Of a stretch of 40,001 nt of DNA, positions 9,328-22,800 are shown in pieces. Within the stretch, counting starts at the first letter, position 1. Each line of letters starts with the position of its first letter. The notes beneath the pieces were generated by a model. That model worked only from the letters and a program-made list of their open reading frames with translations, did not search any database and was not told the DNA's origin. This DNA comes from an uncultured Clostridia bacterium (GTDB lineage: Bacteria; Bacillota; Clostridia; Christensenellales; Aristaeellaceae). The position numbers and the translations under genes are program-made. The DNA is taken from contig CALCTW010000024.1 of NCBI GenBank assembly GCA_937907055.1, positions 8,968-48,968 of the forward strand, written 5' to 3'.

Positions 9328-10800
9328 ATGAAGAGAGTTATTGCTGCGCTTTTACTGATTGTGCTTGCTATAGCACTGACAGGCTGCGGAGGCAGCAGCG
9401 CGTGGGTGTGCGGTAAGTGTCATAAGCCGATCGAGAAGGGTGAGTTCTGCCCGGATTGCGGCGGCAACAAAGCAGACCGCGCCACCTGCGCCATGTGCAA
9501 ATACCAGCCGGAGAATGAGTGGCCGGGTTACTGCCCAAAGTGCGGTAAAGTGTTTATGAACTATACCGATACCGACAATGCTTACAAACAGGCGATGGCG
9601 CTGATGGAACAGGAACAGTATGAAAGCGCGATCAGCATTCTGAAGGAACTGAACGGATACAGTGACAGCGACGCGAAGATCGCGGCGTGTAAGAATGCGA
9701 TCAAGGATGGCGAATATGCCGAAGCGAAAAGCCTGATGGATGCTGAAAAGTATGAAGAGGCTATCAATGCCTTCAAGGCGTTGAATGGTTATAGTGACAG
9801 CGCGGCACAGATCACGGTGTGTGAGACGGTGCTCAAGGATCGTGAATACGCGGCAGCGCAACGCCTGATGGATGCTGAGATGTATGAGGAGGCTATCAAG
9901 GCTTTCGAAGCACTGAGCGGTTACAGTGACAGCGCGGAACAGATCGTAGCCTGTGAAAATGCAATCCCTGAAAGAGATTACACGGCAGCAAAGAATTTGA
10001 TGGGAGCCGGAAAGTATGAGGAAGCCTATGCGGCCTTTTTACAGCTTAAGGGTTATAAAGATGTTGACGATTTGTTGACGGGTGATGAAAATCTTCTTGC
10101 TGCTGCCGCTATTGTCGCGAGGAAGCCTTATACCGAAGAGGAAAACATCGTGACCTATGGTCATTATGAGCAGGATAACAACACAAGTAACGGCAAAGAA
10201 GCGATAGAATGGATTGTGATCCAATATGACGCGGCGAGTGGAAAGAGCCTGTTGCTGAGTCGATATGGATTGGACGCGCGCAGATTTGATGAGAGTACCT
10301 ATCAAGGGTGGGATAAGAGCGAGATCCGCGAATGGCTAAACAGCGCCTTTTTGAACGCAGCATTTACACCGGAGGAACAGAAGGGGATCGTAACCACAAC
10401 TGTAGAAACAGGCGATAATGCGGAATGGGTGGCATTTGCAAAAGCGAATGGTTATAGTTATGATACTGTAAGCGGCGGAGCGGATACACAGGATAAAGTA
10501 TTCCTGCTCAGCCTTGAGGAAACTATGATATATGGTGGACGTAGCGTTATCGATGACCCTTATGGCGATACTAATGACAAACTGAAAGCAGCACCTACCC
10601 AATACGCCTTAGCACAAGGGGTGTTTGATTTCAGTACAGGGTATTATTGGTGGTGGCTGCGTTCACCCGGCACCGATAGTAACATTGTTTCTACTATCGA
10701 CCCCTTTGGCAGACATAGCAAATATGGTCTTGTAAACGCCACCGACGTTGCAGTGCGTCCTGCATTGTGGCTTGATTTGGAATCTGCAGATATCTATTGA
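9328..10800 (+). CDS. Lipoprotein with two CxxC..CxxC zinc ribbons, 44-aa tandem repeats and a C-terminal DUF6273-type domain
   Basis: 490 aa, GGGGAGGA SD, lipobox LALTGC. C28xxC31..C41xxC44 and C54xxC57..C69xxC72. C-terminal WWLRSPG ... VRPALWL motifs. Confidence 0.85.
   Translation: MKRVIAALLLIVLAIALTGCGGSSAWVCGKCHKPIEKGEFCPDCGGNKADRATCAMCKYQPENEWPGYCPKCGKVFMNYTDTDNAYKQAMALMEQEQYESAISILKELNGYSDSDAKIAACKNAIKDGEYAEAKSLMDAEKYEEAINAFKALNGYSDSAAQITVCETVLKDREYAAAQRLMDAEMYEEAIKAFEALSGYSDSAEQIVACENAIPERDYTAAKNLMGAGKYEEAYAAFLQLKGYKDVDDLLTGDENLLAAAAIVARKPYTEEENIVTYGHYEQDNNTSNGKEAIEWIVIQYDAASGKSLLLSRYGLDARRFDESTYQGWDKSEIREWLNSAFLNAAFTPEEQKGIVTTTVETGDNAEWVAFAKANGYSYDTVSGGADTQDKVFLLSLEETMIYGGRSVIDDPYGDTNDKLKAAPTQYALAQGVFDFSTGYYWWWLRSPGTDSNIVSTIDPFGRHSKYGLVNATDVAVRPALWLDLESADIY
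9583..10077 (+). repeat. Intragenic 132-bp (44-aa) tandem repeat, three full units plus one partial
   Basis: agtgacagcg recurs at 9661, 9793 and 9925 (period 132). Unit consensus is Y.AA..LMDAE.YEEAI.AF.AL.GYSDSA.QI..CE..I. Confidence 0.
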
Positions 10801-13800
10801 TTACAATGCGAAGCAAACGGCTACCTGCTGTTTCTATAGTGATGATTGATGCCACATATGGTTTATAGTAATGTAAGAAGATGCAGGGGCAATCGCTTTT
10901 GACGATGGGCGCTTGACTGAGGAGAGAAAACATATGAAGAAAGTGATCGCGATACTTTTGCTGGTGGTGCTTGCAGCAGCGATGACCGGCTGCGGAGGCA
11001 GCGTGGCATAGATCACAACCGGTACGGAAGAAATCTCTGAAAGAGATTACACGGCGGCAAAGAGCCTGATGGATGTCGCGAAGTATAGCGAGGCTTATAC
11101 CGCCTTCCAAAAGCTGAAGGGTTACAAGGATGTTGATCAGCTGTTGATAAGCGATGAGAACCTTCTTGCTGTTGCTGCTGCGAGAGAGCCCTATACCAAG
11201 GTGGGCGGTATCGTGACCTATGGTCATTATGAACAGGATAATGACACGAGCACCGGGAAGGAAGTCATTGAATGGATCGTACTCGAATATGATGAAGCAA
11301 GCGGAAAAAGCCTGCTGCTGAGCCGGTATGGACTGGACGCGCACGCGTATCAGTCAGGCGACATTGAAACCACTTAGTACCCCACCTGGGAAAAGAGCGA
11401 GATTCGTGAATGGCTGAACAGCAACTTTCTGAACGCGGCGTTTACAACGAAGGAGCAGAAGGCGATTACGACCACGACCGTCAAGACCGACAATAATGAT
11501 GAATGGGTGATATACGCGAAAGAAACGGGTTATTGGTACGATCATGTCAACGGCGGAGCAGATACCCAGGATAAATTGTTTCTGCTGAGTCTTGAGGAAG
11601 TCATGGCATATGGCGGATACAGTATGTTTGCTGATTACTACGACGATAGCACGGATAAAACGATGGCTGTACCGACTCAATATGCTGTGGCTCAAGGTGC
11701 TGATCAAAGCGACTACTTTAAACTGGATGATATAGGGTGCTGCCAGTGGTGGCTGCGTTCGCCCGGCATCTACACTGACAGCGCTTCCATTGTAGACAGC
11801 GACGGTATCCTCTACCTCTGTGGTGTGACCTACACAGGTACTGCGGTACGACCGGCATTCTGGCTTGATCTGGAATTTGCGGATATCTATTGACTACACC
11901 GGAGTGAAACGAACGGGATTTTTTGCTCTGAAAGAGCGAAGCGACCGATCGTCCTCCGCCTCCGCAGAGGCGGCCTTTGCAGCGGACAGGACAGCGCGTG
12001 TTAATGCGGCTTGATGATCTGACACGGATGAACTTCATATGACACGAGCAACTTTGGAACGGATGAAGGCCTGTTCCGAGATGGCGGGGAAAAACCCCGC
12101 CATTTTTCGTGGAGAGGACGGGGGTGCCGGTGGGGGTGATCCGAAGCCGGTGGAGGAATCCGGGGAAGGCGGAGGATGGCTTGAAAAGCGGGTGGAAAAA
12201 CGATACAATAAGGCAAAGAACAGACCGCGCGAGGGGGATGCAGGATGCGAAACGAGAGAAGGATGAAGAAACGCCGGATGACGGTGACACGGGATCACGC
12301 ATCGGCGCGGATGATGAAAAGGATGATATTGGCGCTGCTGACGGCGGTACTGTGCGTGAGCGGCGCGGGGCGCGCCGGGGCTGAGGTGGAAAAAAGCGAG
12401 ATACTGGACTGCGCCTTCAGCATGCTGGAGGAAGGGAATATCTTTCTGGAGCGGTACAGGGCGATTACCGGCAGCGAGGTGAAGGTGTGGTTTGAAAACG
12501 GGCTGCCGTACTTCTTTGGCGGAACGAGCGAAGGGCTGCTGTTTTCAACGTATCCGCAGATGCGGAAGCACGTGGCGGAGGCGAGTTCTTCCATCTGGTA
12601 TAAGAAGGATCACCTGTATGTGTACGGGTTTGACTGCGTGGGATATGTGCGGTGGGTGAACAGCAAGGCGGGGCGGAGCAGTACGCCGCCGCTGAGCGAG
12701 ATGATCACGCACTGGCAAGAGAATGAGGCGCGCTATGTGTTCACCACGAACAGCCATGTGAATAAGCCCATGCCCGAATGGGAGAAGCTGAAGGATACAC
12801 TATAGATCGGCGACCTGTTCGCGATCAAGCACGGGGGATTCCATGTGATGATGTACATTGGGACACCGCGGGATTATGGATTTGACACGGAAAGCGAGCT
12901 GGGGCAGTATCTGGACCTGCCGCTGGTGATCCACTGCGGACCGACCCCGGCGTACCCGGACCGGTACGAAAAACTGTTTGAGCAGGAGAAGGAGTACTTT
13001 GGCAATTGTGAGCTGCCGGACGGCGGCGTGCAGATATCGCTGCTGGGCGTGCCGAAGGGGGAGATCCCGTATCACAGGGATTTTATGAAGCAGAGCGCGG
13101 AATACCTGACGGTGGAAGGACAAATGGTGACGGTGGTGGACACCTGGAACGCGACGAGCAGCTGCTGGTATAGGACGGACCCCTGACGGCTTGAAGACAG
13201 GGAGCCGGGATGATATAATGAAGAAGGCCGCGGGGCGGCTGAAAAACCGAAGGGGGATACACGATGCGGCAGAAGAGAACGCGCTGTTTATAGATGGGGC
13301 TGATGATGCTGATGCTGGCCGTGCTGTGCCTGTGCGGCAGCGCCATGGCGGAATGCGAATACGGGCATACGCCGGTGACGGTGACCGTGACGCCGGCGAC
13401 CTGTGAGCATGACGGACTGACAAGGACCACCTGCGCGGTGTGCGGAACGCACCTGTATGACACGACGGTGTATAAGGTGGCGCACAACTGGAGCGCGTGG
13501 AGCCGCGTGACGGAGCCGACCTGCGAGAAGGAAGGCCGGGATGAACGGCACTGCACGATGTGCGGCAGGACCGAGGAACGCGCGGTGGCAAAGGTGAGCC
13601 ATACGAAGGCGGATCAGGTGATCACCCCGCCGGACTGCGTGAATAAAGGACTGAAGAACATTGTGTGCAGCGTGTGCGGCACGATGATCCAGAGCAATGT
13701 GAGCATGCCCGCGAAGGGGCACAGCTGGAGCGGCTGGACGGTGACAAAGTCCGCGACCTGTACGGAAAACGGAGAAAAGCAGCGCGGATGCGAAAGCTGC

Positions 13801-16800
13801 GGAAAGACCGAGACCGCGCAGGTGAAGGCGACCGGGCACAGCATGGGCGCGTGGGTGACCAAAACGCCGGCCGGGTGCGTGACCAAGGGCGAGCAGGAAC
13901 AGACCTGCGCGAACTGCGGCTACAGCAAGACCAGAGAACTGAAGGCGCTGGGACACCAATGGGGAAAATGGACCGCGGTAATAAAGGAGACCTGCACGAC
14001 CGCCGGTGAATACAAGCGCGTGTGCGCGCGGTGCGCCGGTGAGGAAAGCAAGACCGTGGCCGCCCTGAACCACAAGAACACGGTGTGGAAAACGGTGAAG
14101 GCCGCGACCACGATGAGCGGCGGCATGGAGGAGCAGTACTGCAGGGATTGCGGGATCTACCTGAAGAGCCGCGCGACATCGCCCGCGCTGATGAAGAACA
14201 ACACGATGTGCGCGCTGGGCATCTGCCTGCGCGACGCCGGGGTGGAGGGCGACCTGTGGTATATGTTTACGCCCTTTGACGCGAGCAAGGACGGGGTGTA
14301 TACCTATCCGCTGGTGGCAAGCAACCTGTTTACCGTGGGCACGGTGACACTGAATATCCGGGACGGGAAGGCCGCGGTGAACTATCATGTGGACGATCCC
14401 GAACTGAAGATGGTGACGGAGTTCTTCACCATTCTGCCCTCGATCGACGCCATCCGCGTGTATGAGCCGGAAGAGCTGAAGGCGGCTTACGGGATGAACG
14501 CGGGGCAATGGATCGACCTGAAGGCGTTCTTCGGCGAGGACGAAGCGCTGGTGCTGTATATGAACTGCCGGGTGACCTATACCTACAACGCGAAGTATAT
14601 GACCACGCTGCGGTATGAAAGCGAGAGCATCCAGAGGCGCGTGGATGAAATGAAGGCGCTGATGGATTAAAAGACAGACCCTAAAAACCATATGATGGAA
14701 ATATGAAAAGGTGTGCAGGGGAGCGATCCCGGGCACACTTTTTTGATGGAGCGAGAAAAGCAGCAAAAATGGTGCCGGATACAGCGGAAAAGCAGGAAAT
14801 GACCATGTTTACAGTCGCAATTTACAGACACTTACATTGACGGGAAAGAAGGGCTTGTGATAAAATACATGCGTGGGTTTATGCCCTCTTATTTGTGTTG
14901 CAATGAACAAGTGAGGAATTACGATGTACGCGAAAGTGATCAAACGTTTGCTGGATATACTGCTGTCTCTCTCGGCGATCCTGATCCTGTCCCCGGTGCT
15001 GCTGATCCTGACCATTCTGGGCGCGGTGAAGATGAAGGGGAACCCTTTCTTTACACAGGAAAGGCCGGGTAAGGGAGAAAAGATCTTCAAGCTGATCAAA
15101 TTCCGCAGCATGACCTGTGAAAAGGACAAGGACGGCAAGCTGCTGAGCGATGACAGGCGCCTGACCCGTTACGGACGGCTGCTGCGCAGCACCAGTCTGG
15201 ACGAGCTGCCGGAACTGTTCAACATCCTGACCGGCGATATGTCCATCATCGGGCCCCGACCACTGCTGGTGGAATATCTGCCCTACTATACGCAGGAGGA
15301 ACGCCGCCGCCATGATGTGCGTCCCGGCTTGACCGGATGGGCGCAGGTGAACGGACGGAATAATATCGGCAGCTGGGAAGAACGCTTTAAATTCGACCTG
15401 GAGTATGTGGACAACCTGACCTTCAAAATGGATATGAAGGTGCTGCTGACCACGGTGAAAAAAGTGGTGAAGCGCTCCGATATACTGGTGGGAAGCCAGA
15501 TCAAGGCCGGAAGGCTGGATGACGCGAGAAGGGGTCAGCATGCGGATCACACTGAGAACATTTGAAGAAAAGGATATCCCGGACAAGGTGCGGTGGATCA
15601 ATGACCCGCTGAACAACCGGTATCTGCACTATGACCTGCCGCTGGAGGAAGAAAAGACCCGTGCCTGGTTTGAAAAAAACAAGGGACGGGAGGACCGCTG
15701 GGACGCGGTGATCGAGGCGGACGGGGAGCCGTGCGGGCTGATCGGGCTACTGGGGATCGACCGGAAGAACGGGAAGGCGGAATACTACATCGCGATGGGC
15801 GAGCAGGCCCGGAAGGGGCAGGGCGTGGCGACAAAGGCGACACGGCTGCTGCTGGAGCGCGCCTTCGGTGAGATGGAACTGAACCGTGTGTACCTGTTTA
15901 CGGAAGCCGGAAACACGGCCGCGCAGAAGCTGTTTGAAAAAGCGGGATTCGCGCGCGAAGGGCTGCTGAAGGATGACCTGTATTCCAGAGGGCAGTATGT
16001 GGACCGCGTGGCTTACGGCATGACGAAGGAGCAGTTTGGCAGGGCGGCGCGCGTGCTGCCGGAAAGCCCGGTGCAGATGCTGGGCGAAATGAACGGGAAC
16101 ATGCTGTACATGAAGCGTGAGGACATGATCCCCTGTTCCTTCGGCGGGAACAAAGCGAGAAAGGCGATGCTTTTCTTTGAGGAGATCGACGCCGAGGACT
16201 ATGATACCGTGGTGACCTACGGCAGCAGCAGTTCCAACCACTGCCGGGTGGTGGCCAATATGGCGGCCGCGCGCGGGATAGGCTGCACGATCATCAGCCC
16301 GGAGGAGGCTTCCGAGCCGACCTTCAACAGCAAGATGATGGCGATGTTCGGGGCGGTGATCGTGACGGTGCCGGTGAATGAAGTGCATGACACGATCGAG
16401 GCTGTGCTGGAGAAACTGCGAAAGGAAGGGAAAAAGCCCTTCTTCATCGCGGGCGGCGGTCACGGCGATACCGGGACACAGGCCTTCAAGGAATGCTATG
16501 AAGAGATCGTACGCTATGAACAGAAGGCGCATGTGCGTTTTGACCGGATCTTTCTGGCTTCCGGCACCGGAACGACACAGGCGGGGCTGATCTGCGGCAG
16601 TCTGCTGAAGAAGGATGACAGAAAGATCATCGGGATCAGCATCGCGAGGAAGAATCCGCGCGGAAGGGATGTGATCCTGGATTCCGTGAGATCCTACATG
16701 AACGCGAAGGGACATCCGCTGGAGGAAGAAGCGCTGCAGAAGGCGACGATCTTCGTGGACGCGTATACGGGAGACGGATACGCGAAGGGCGATGAGAGGA

Positions 16801-19800
16801 TCACGGAGGTGATCGGACGCGTGCTTTGCAAATACGGGATCCCGCTGGACGAGACCTATACCGGAAAAGCCTTTGCGGGCATGGAAGAAACACTGAAAAA
16901 AGAGGGCGTACAGGGTGAGAACATCCTGTTTATCCATACAGGCGGAACACCGCTGTTTTTCGATCATCTGATGAAAGAAGGACAATAAAGAATGTCAACC
17001 AATATCCTGATCCTGAGCGCGGGAACACGTGACAAGATCATTCAGTATTTTAAGAAAGCGCTGAACGGCGCGGGGCGTGTGATCGCGACGGATATGAGTG
17101 ATCTGGCCCCCGCGACCTATGAGGCGGACGCGTTCTATCAGGTGCCGCGGATCACGGACCCCGGATATCTGGAGAAGATCTACGAGATCTGCAGGAAGGA
17201 AGCGATCACCGGCGTGCTGTCGCTGATCGACCCCGAGCTTTCGCTGCTGGCCGCGCATGAAGCGGAATTTGCCGCGCTGGGCGTGACGGTGATCGGATCC
17301 GGATATGAGGAGTGCGAGCGCGCGCTGGACAAGTATGAAATGTATCAGTGGCTGAAGGCGCGCGGATATCACTGCGCGGCCTCCTACATGGAGATGGCGG
17401 ATTTCCTGAAGGACGCGAAGGAAGGGAAAATCGGTTATCCTGTGTTTGTGAAGCCGGCGCACGGCAGCGCGAGTTTGCATATCTCAAAGGCAGATGACGC
17501 GGAGATCACGGATTTCCTGTATCGGCACGGGACGGATATGATGATCCAGGAATACCTGAAGGGGCAGGAGATCGGCGCGGATGTATACATTGATATGATC
17601 TCCGGCGAGGTGGTCTCGATCTTTACGAAGAAGAAGCTGCTGATGCGCGCCGGTGAAACGGACAAGGCGGTATCCTTCAGGGATGAGAAGCTGTTTGAGC
17701 TGATCGAGCGGTTTGTGAAGGAAAGCGGCTACCGCGGACAGATCGACATCGATATTTTTGATGTGGACGGCGAATACTATATCTCCGAAGTGAATCCGCG
17801 TTTCGGCGGCGGTTATCCGCACGCGTATGAATGCGGATGTGACCATATGAAGCTGATCGTGAACAACCTGCAGGGCAAGGCCAATGAAAAGCAGATCGGC
17901 CAATACCGCGAGGGCGTGTACATGATGAAATACAACGAGATCATGATCCGGTAAGACGGGGAAGAGGATAAGATGGGAAAGCATATATTGATCATCAGCA
18001 ATGTATCGGCCGGTCTGGTGAGCTTCCGTCTGGAAGTGATCGAACGGATGATGCAGGAAAATAAGGTGACGATCCTGTGCGAGGATAACGGCAGGGCGGA
18101 CCGGCTGCGCGAGCTGGGCTGCACCGTGATCAACACGCCGGTGGACCGCCACGGTACCAATCCTGTGAAGGAACTGGGGCTGATCCGGATGTACAAGCAG
18201 TACCTGAAGCAGCTGAAGCCGGATATCGTGTTTACCTATACGATCAAGCCGAATGTGTACGCCGGGATGGCGTGCGCGGCGATGGGCATTCCCTATGCCG
18301 CGAATGTGACCGGCCTCGGCACCGCGGTGGAGAACCCGGGACCGATGCAGATGATCACGCTGACGCTGTATAAGAGAGGCCTTCGCAAGGCGCAGCGCGT
18401 GTTTTTCCAGAATGATGAGAACCGGCAGTTCATGCTGTCGCACGGCGTGGTAAAGCAGAACGATAAGCTGATCCCCGGCTCCGGCGTGAACCTGAGCAAG
18501 TATCAGCCGCTGCCCTATCCTGAGGGCGAGACGGTGGATTTCTTCTTTATCTCCCGTGTGATGAAGCAGAAGGGCATCGATCAGTATCTGGACGCCGCGA
18601 AGGCGATCCGCGCGAAGTATCCGGAGACACGTTTCCATGTGTGCGGAAACTGCGAGCAGGACTATGAGCAGATCCTGAAGGAACTGAACGAGGACGGAAC
18701 GATCATCTATCACGGACGTGTGGATGACATCAAGGGCATGCATGCGATCAACTGCTGCACGATCCATCCGACCTATTATCCCGAGGGCATGTCCAACGTG
18801 CTGCTGGAAAGCGCCGCGTGCGCGCGCCCGATGATCACAACAGATCGCGCCGGCTGCAGGGAAATTGTGGATAATGGCGAAAATGGATATGTGGTGCATC
18901 AGAAGGACAGCGCCGATCTGATCGAAAAGGTGGAAAAGTTTTTGAAGCTTTCCAGAGAAGAGCGCGCGCGGATGGGCCTGAACGGACGGAACAAGGTGGA
19001 AAAGCAGTTTGACCGCCGGATCATTGTAGAAGCCTACATGGATGAAGTGGAGAAGGCATAAATTATGAATTATAAAGCGATCTTCAAAACGCCGGCAGCG
19101 CGTGCCATGGTGCTGAATATGCTGCGCTTTGTGCCGGACAGCGCGATGCTGACGCTGCAGTATAAGATGAAGACAGGGCGGAAGCCGGACCTGAAGAACC
19201 CGACCCGTTTTACGGAGAAGCTGCAGTGGTATAAGATGCACTACCGCAACCCCATGATGCATGAGTGCGTGGACAAATATAAGGTGCGCGAGTATGTGAA
19301 GAGCAAGGGCTTGGAGCATACGCTGGTGAAGCTGATCGCGAAGTATGATTCGATGGATCAGGTGAAGTGGGATGAGCTGCCGGATTCCTTTGTGATCAAG
19401 ACCACGAACGGCGGCGGCGGACTGAATGTGGTGGTGTGCCCGGATAAGAGCAGGCTGGATATTCCGGAGATCTCCGGCAAACTGGCCGCCAAAAAGAAGA
19501 AGAGCAATTACGGCGGACGGGAGTGGGCTTATTACGGATCCGAGCCCGGCATCATTTTTGAGGAGCTGCTGGTGGATCCGGATCATCCCGAAGCCGGTGT
19601 GAATGACTATAAGATCTTCTGCTATAACGGAAAACCCAAGTATATCATTGTGGATGTGGACCGCTACATCGGACACAAGCGCAATTTCTATGACGCGGAA
19701 TGGAACAACCTGCATATCACGAGCGATTGCCCCGCGGCAGAGCGGGAGATCCCCCGTCCCGAGAACATGGAGGAAATGCTGAAGGTGGCGGCGAAGCTGA

Positions 19801-22800
19801 GCGAGGGCTTCCCGTATGTGCGCGTGGATCTGTATAACCTGCGTGGAAAGATCTACTTTGGCGAACTGACCTTCTATCCGTGGAGCGGATATGTGAAATA
19901 TACGCCGGATGAAGCCGACCGGATGTTTGGCGAGGATTTTGAACTGGTCGAATACAAATAACAGGGGTTCATCATGAGAAAACTCTCTTTACGTCGTTCG
20001 CCGCTCCGGGTGCGGAACTGGGACTGGATCCTGGTCATCGGTCTGATGCTGGCGCCCATGACCGGTCTTCGTATCGCGAAGGTCGGCCCCGCGGAAGTGC
20101 TGTGTCTGATCTGGGGTATACGGAATTATAAGCTTTCTCATTTCCCGGTGCGGAATGAGCTTTTCAGGTTTATTGTCGTATATCTGCTGGCCATGGTGGC
20201 CGGAACCATCTGCGGACTGTATATCGCGCCGCAGGAACTGGTGTGGTCGCAGTGGCCGACATGGCCGTATCTGTTCTTTATCACATACGGTATCTATCTG
20301 GGCGCGAGAAAGAACAGCAGGGAATACAATGAGCATCTGATGGATGTGACATTCAGGATGTGTGTGCTCTGGTACGCGCTGCTGTATCTGTACAGCATCA
20401 CGGTCAGTCGTACATTCCTGGGCGCGCCGCTGTGGTTCGCGGGTGTCCGTTATACCGGCGGCTCCAAGAACCCGCATCAGGTGGCTGTATTGATGTGCGG
20501 TATCACATTCTGGTTCATGAGACAGGCGCTGAGAAAGAAGCAGATCGGTCTGAACCTGCTGATGGCTTTCGGCGCGGTTTTTGTGGAATGGCAGACCGCG
20601 GCATCGACCGGTACGGCCGCGCTTGCAGCCGGTATACTGGTGCTGCTGTTCCTGATCCCGGCCCGCGCGAATATCAGCACGGGACGAAAGGTGATCGTCT
20701 TTACGATCGAGATCCTGATCCTCGCGATCGTCGCGGCGTTTGTGTATAGGCGGGTGTTTGATTACCTGACAAACTGGATATTGAGCGACGCGAACGGTCT
20801 TGGACGAATCAATCTGATCAGTCAGCTGGGCGATTCGTTCATGCAGAGCCCCATCTTCGGCATGGGACCCGGCGTGCACGCGTTTGACCTTGCCGGTAAC
20901 CCGAAGGAATTCCATAATACCTATTCGGAGATCCTGGCCGCGACCGGGATCGTGGGCATGATCGCGTTTGTGATCCTGACCTTCAAGACGTTGAAATACA
21001 TGATGCGCGATCAGTATCTGATCCCGATCATGGCGGCGCTGTATGTGTACGGCCTTGGCGGCTATGCCATGCGCCGACTGGCCTATTGGGGCATCTTCAC
21101 GTTCATCTTTGTGATCGCGCGCCAGTCCTATAAGGAGCATCTGGCCGCGGCGGAAGCAGAGGATGAGGAGGCTGGGGACGAGGAACCAGAAGAGGAAGAG
21201 ACGGATCCCGGACTGCTCACGGAGCCTGTGATGACGAACAGGAATCCGGTCTGAGATGACTGAAGGAATGGAAACAAGGGGGAAGACCACATGATCACGG
21301 TAATGACGCCGACCTATAATCGCGCTTATATATTGGATAATGCCTATCAGTCGCTGCTGAAGCAGACGGACAAGGATTTTCTGTGGCTGATCGTTGATGA
21401 CGGATCGACCGATGACACGGAAACGCTGGTTCAGAAGTGGATGGACGAAAAGAAGATCGGGATCGAATACCTGAAGAAGCCCAACGGGGGCAAGGCCTCC
21501 GCGCTGAATCTGGCGATCGAGAGCCTGAACACCGAGTACGCGGTGTGTCTGGATTCGGATGATACGTTCTATCCCGATACGATCAAACTGGCGGCCGAAA
21601 AGCTGGACACCATCCGGGATGACGAGGCCTTCTGCGGCATCGTGGCGCTGCGCCATAATCCGGACGGCACCGTGATGGGCGGACGGGATATGCCGCGCGA
21701 CGCCAGGACCGTGACAGCCGCGGACCTGTTTGTGAAATGGTGTCTGAATACAGAACTGATCTGCTTCTATAAGACGGCTGTTCTGCAACAGTACCGCTTC
21801 CCGACTTTTGAAGGGGAGAAGTTCGTATCGCCTGCCTGGATGCAGTACAAGGTGACGGAAAAGTACTGCTATCTGCCGGTGTGGGAGAAACTGTGCGAAT
21901 GCGAATATGTATCGGACGGCCTGACGAAGAACAAGCGCAAGGTGATCGTGAAGAACCCCAACGGTTACAGCTGCGTGAAGCGCTACAGTTTTAACCTGGC
22001 CCCGACGATGAAGCTTCGCGTCAAGCATGGGATCATGTATGACTGCGGATGCATTCTGGCGAAGAACAGGCAGTGGCTGGAGGGCGTGGATCACAAGATC
22101 CTCGCTTGCCTGCTGAAGCCCGCTGCCTATATTGTGTGCAGGCGGCGCTTTAAGTAAGAAGGATAGGCCGGAAGCAGAACCGCGTTTTTGACTTTGAGAA
22201 TATACGAAATGGCGGACAGAAAACGATGAAGCGAATGATCATTATGGGCGGTCAGATGCGCAATAAGGGCGCGCAGGCCATGACCTATATCACGATGGAC
22301 GAGATAGCGAAGCGCTGGCCGGATGTGACGCCGACGATCCTGGACAGGAAGGCCAACTGGGACAGCAATCTGAAACTGGAATGCATCAATATCCCGCTGT
22401 CGATCCAGTGCCTGATGCAGATCCCGGTCGTGCGCGCGCTGCTGAAACTGGCGAAGCCGACCGCGAAGCGCTATGAAGCGATCATGAAAGAGACGGTCGC
22501 GGTGATCGATATCAGCGGATTCGCGCTGGGAAGAACCTGGAGCGCCAAGGGCATGGTCTCTTATGCTCTGACGCGTATGATGGCCGGAAAACGGCATCAT
22601 TTTCCCGTGTATCTGATGCCGCAGTCCTTTGGCCCCTTCGGCGCGAAGAAGCTGACCGGAAAAATGGTGGAGCTGCTGCTGAAGAAGACGCTGCCCAAAG
22701 CGACGGTGATCATGAGCCGTGAAAAGCAGGGCATGGAAGCGCTGCGGGATGCCTTCGGTGTGACAAAGAACGTGTGCCTGCAGCCGGATCTGGTGCTGCA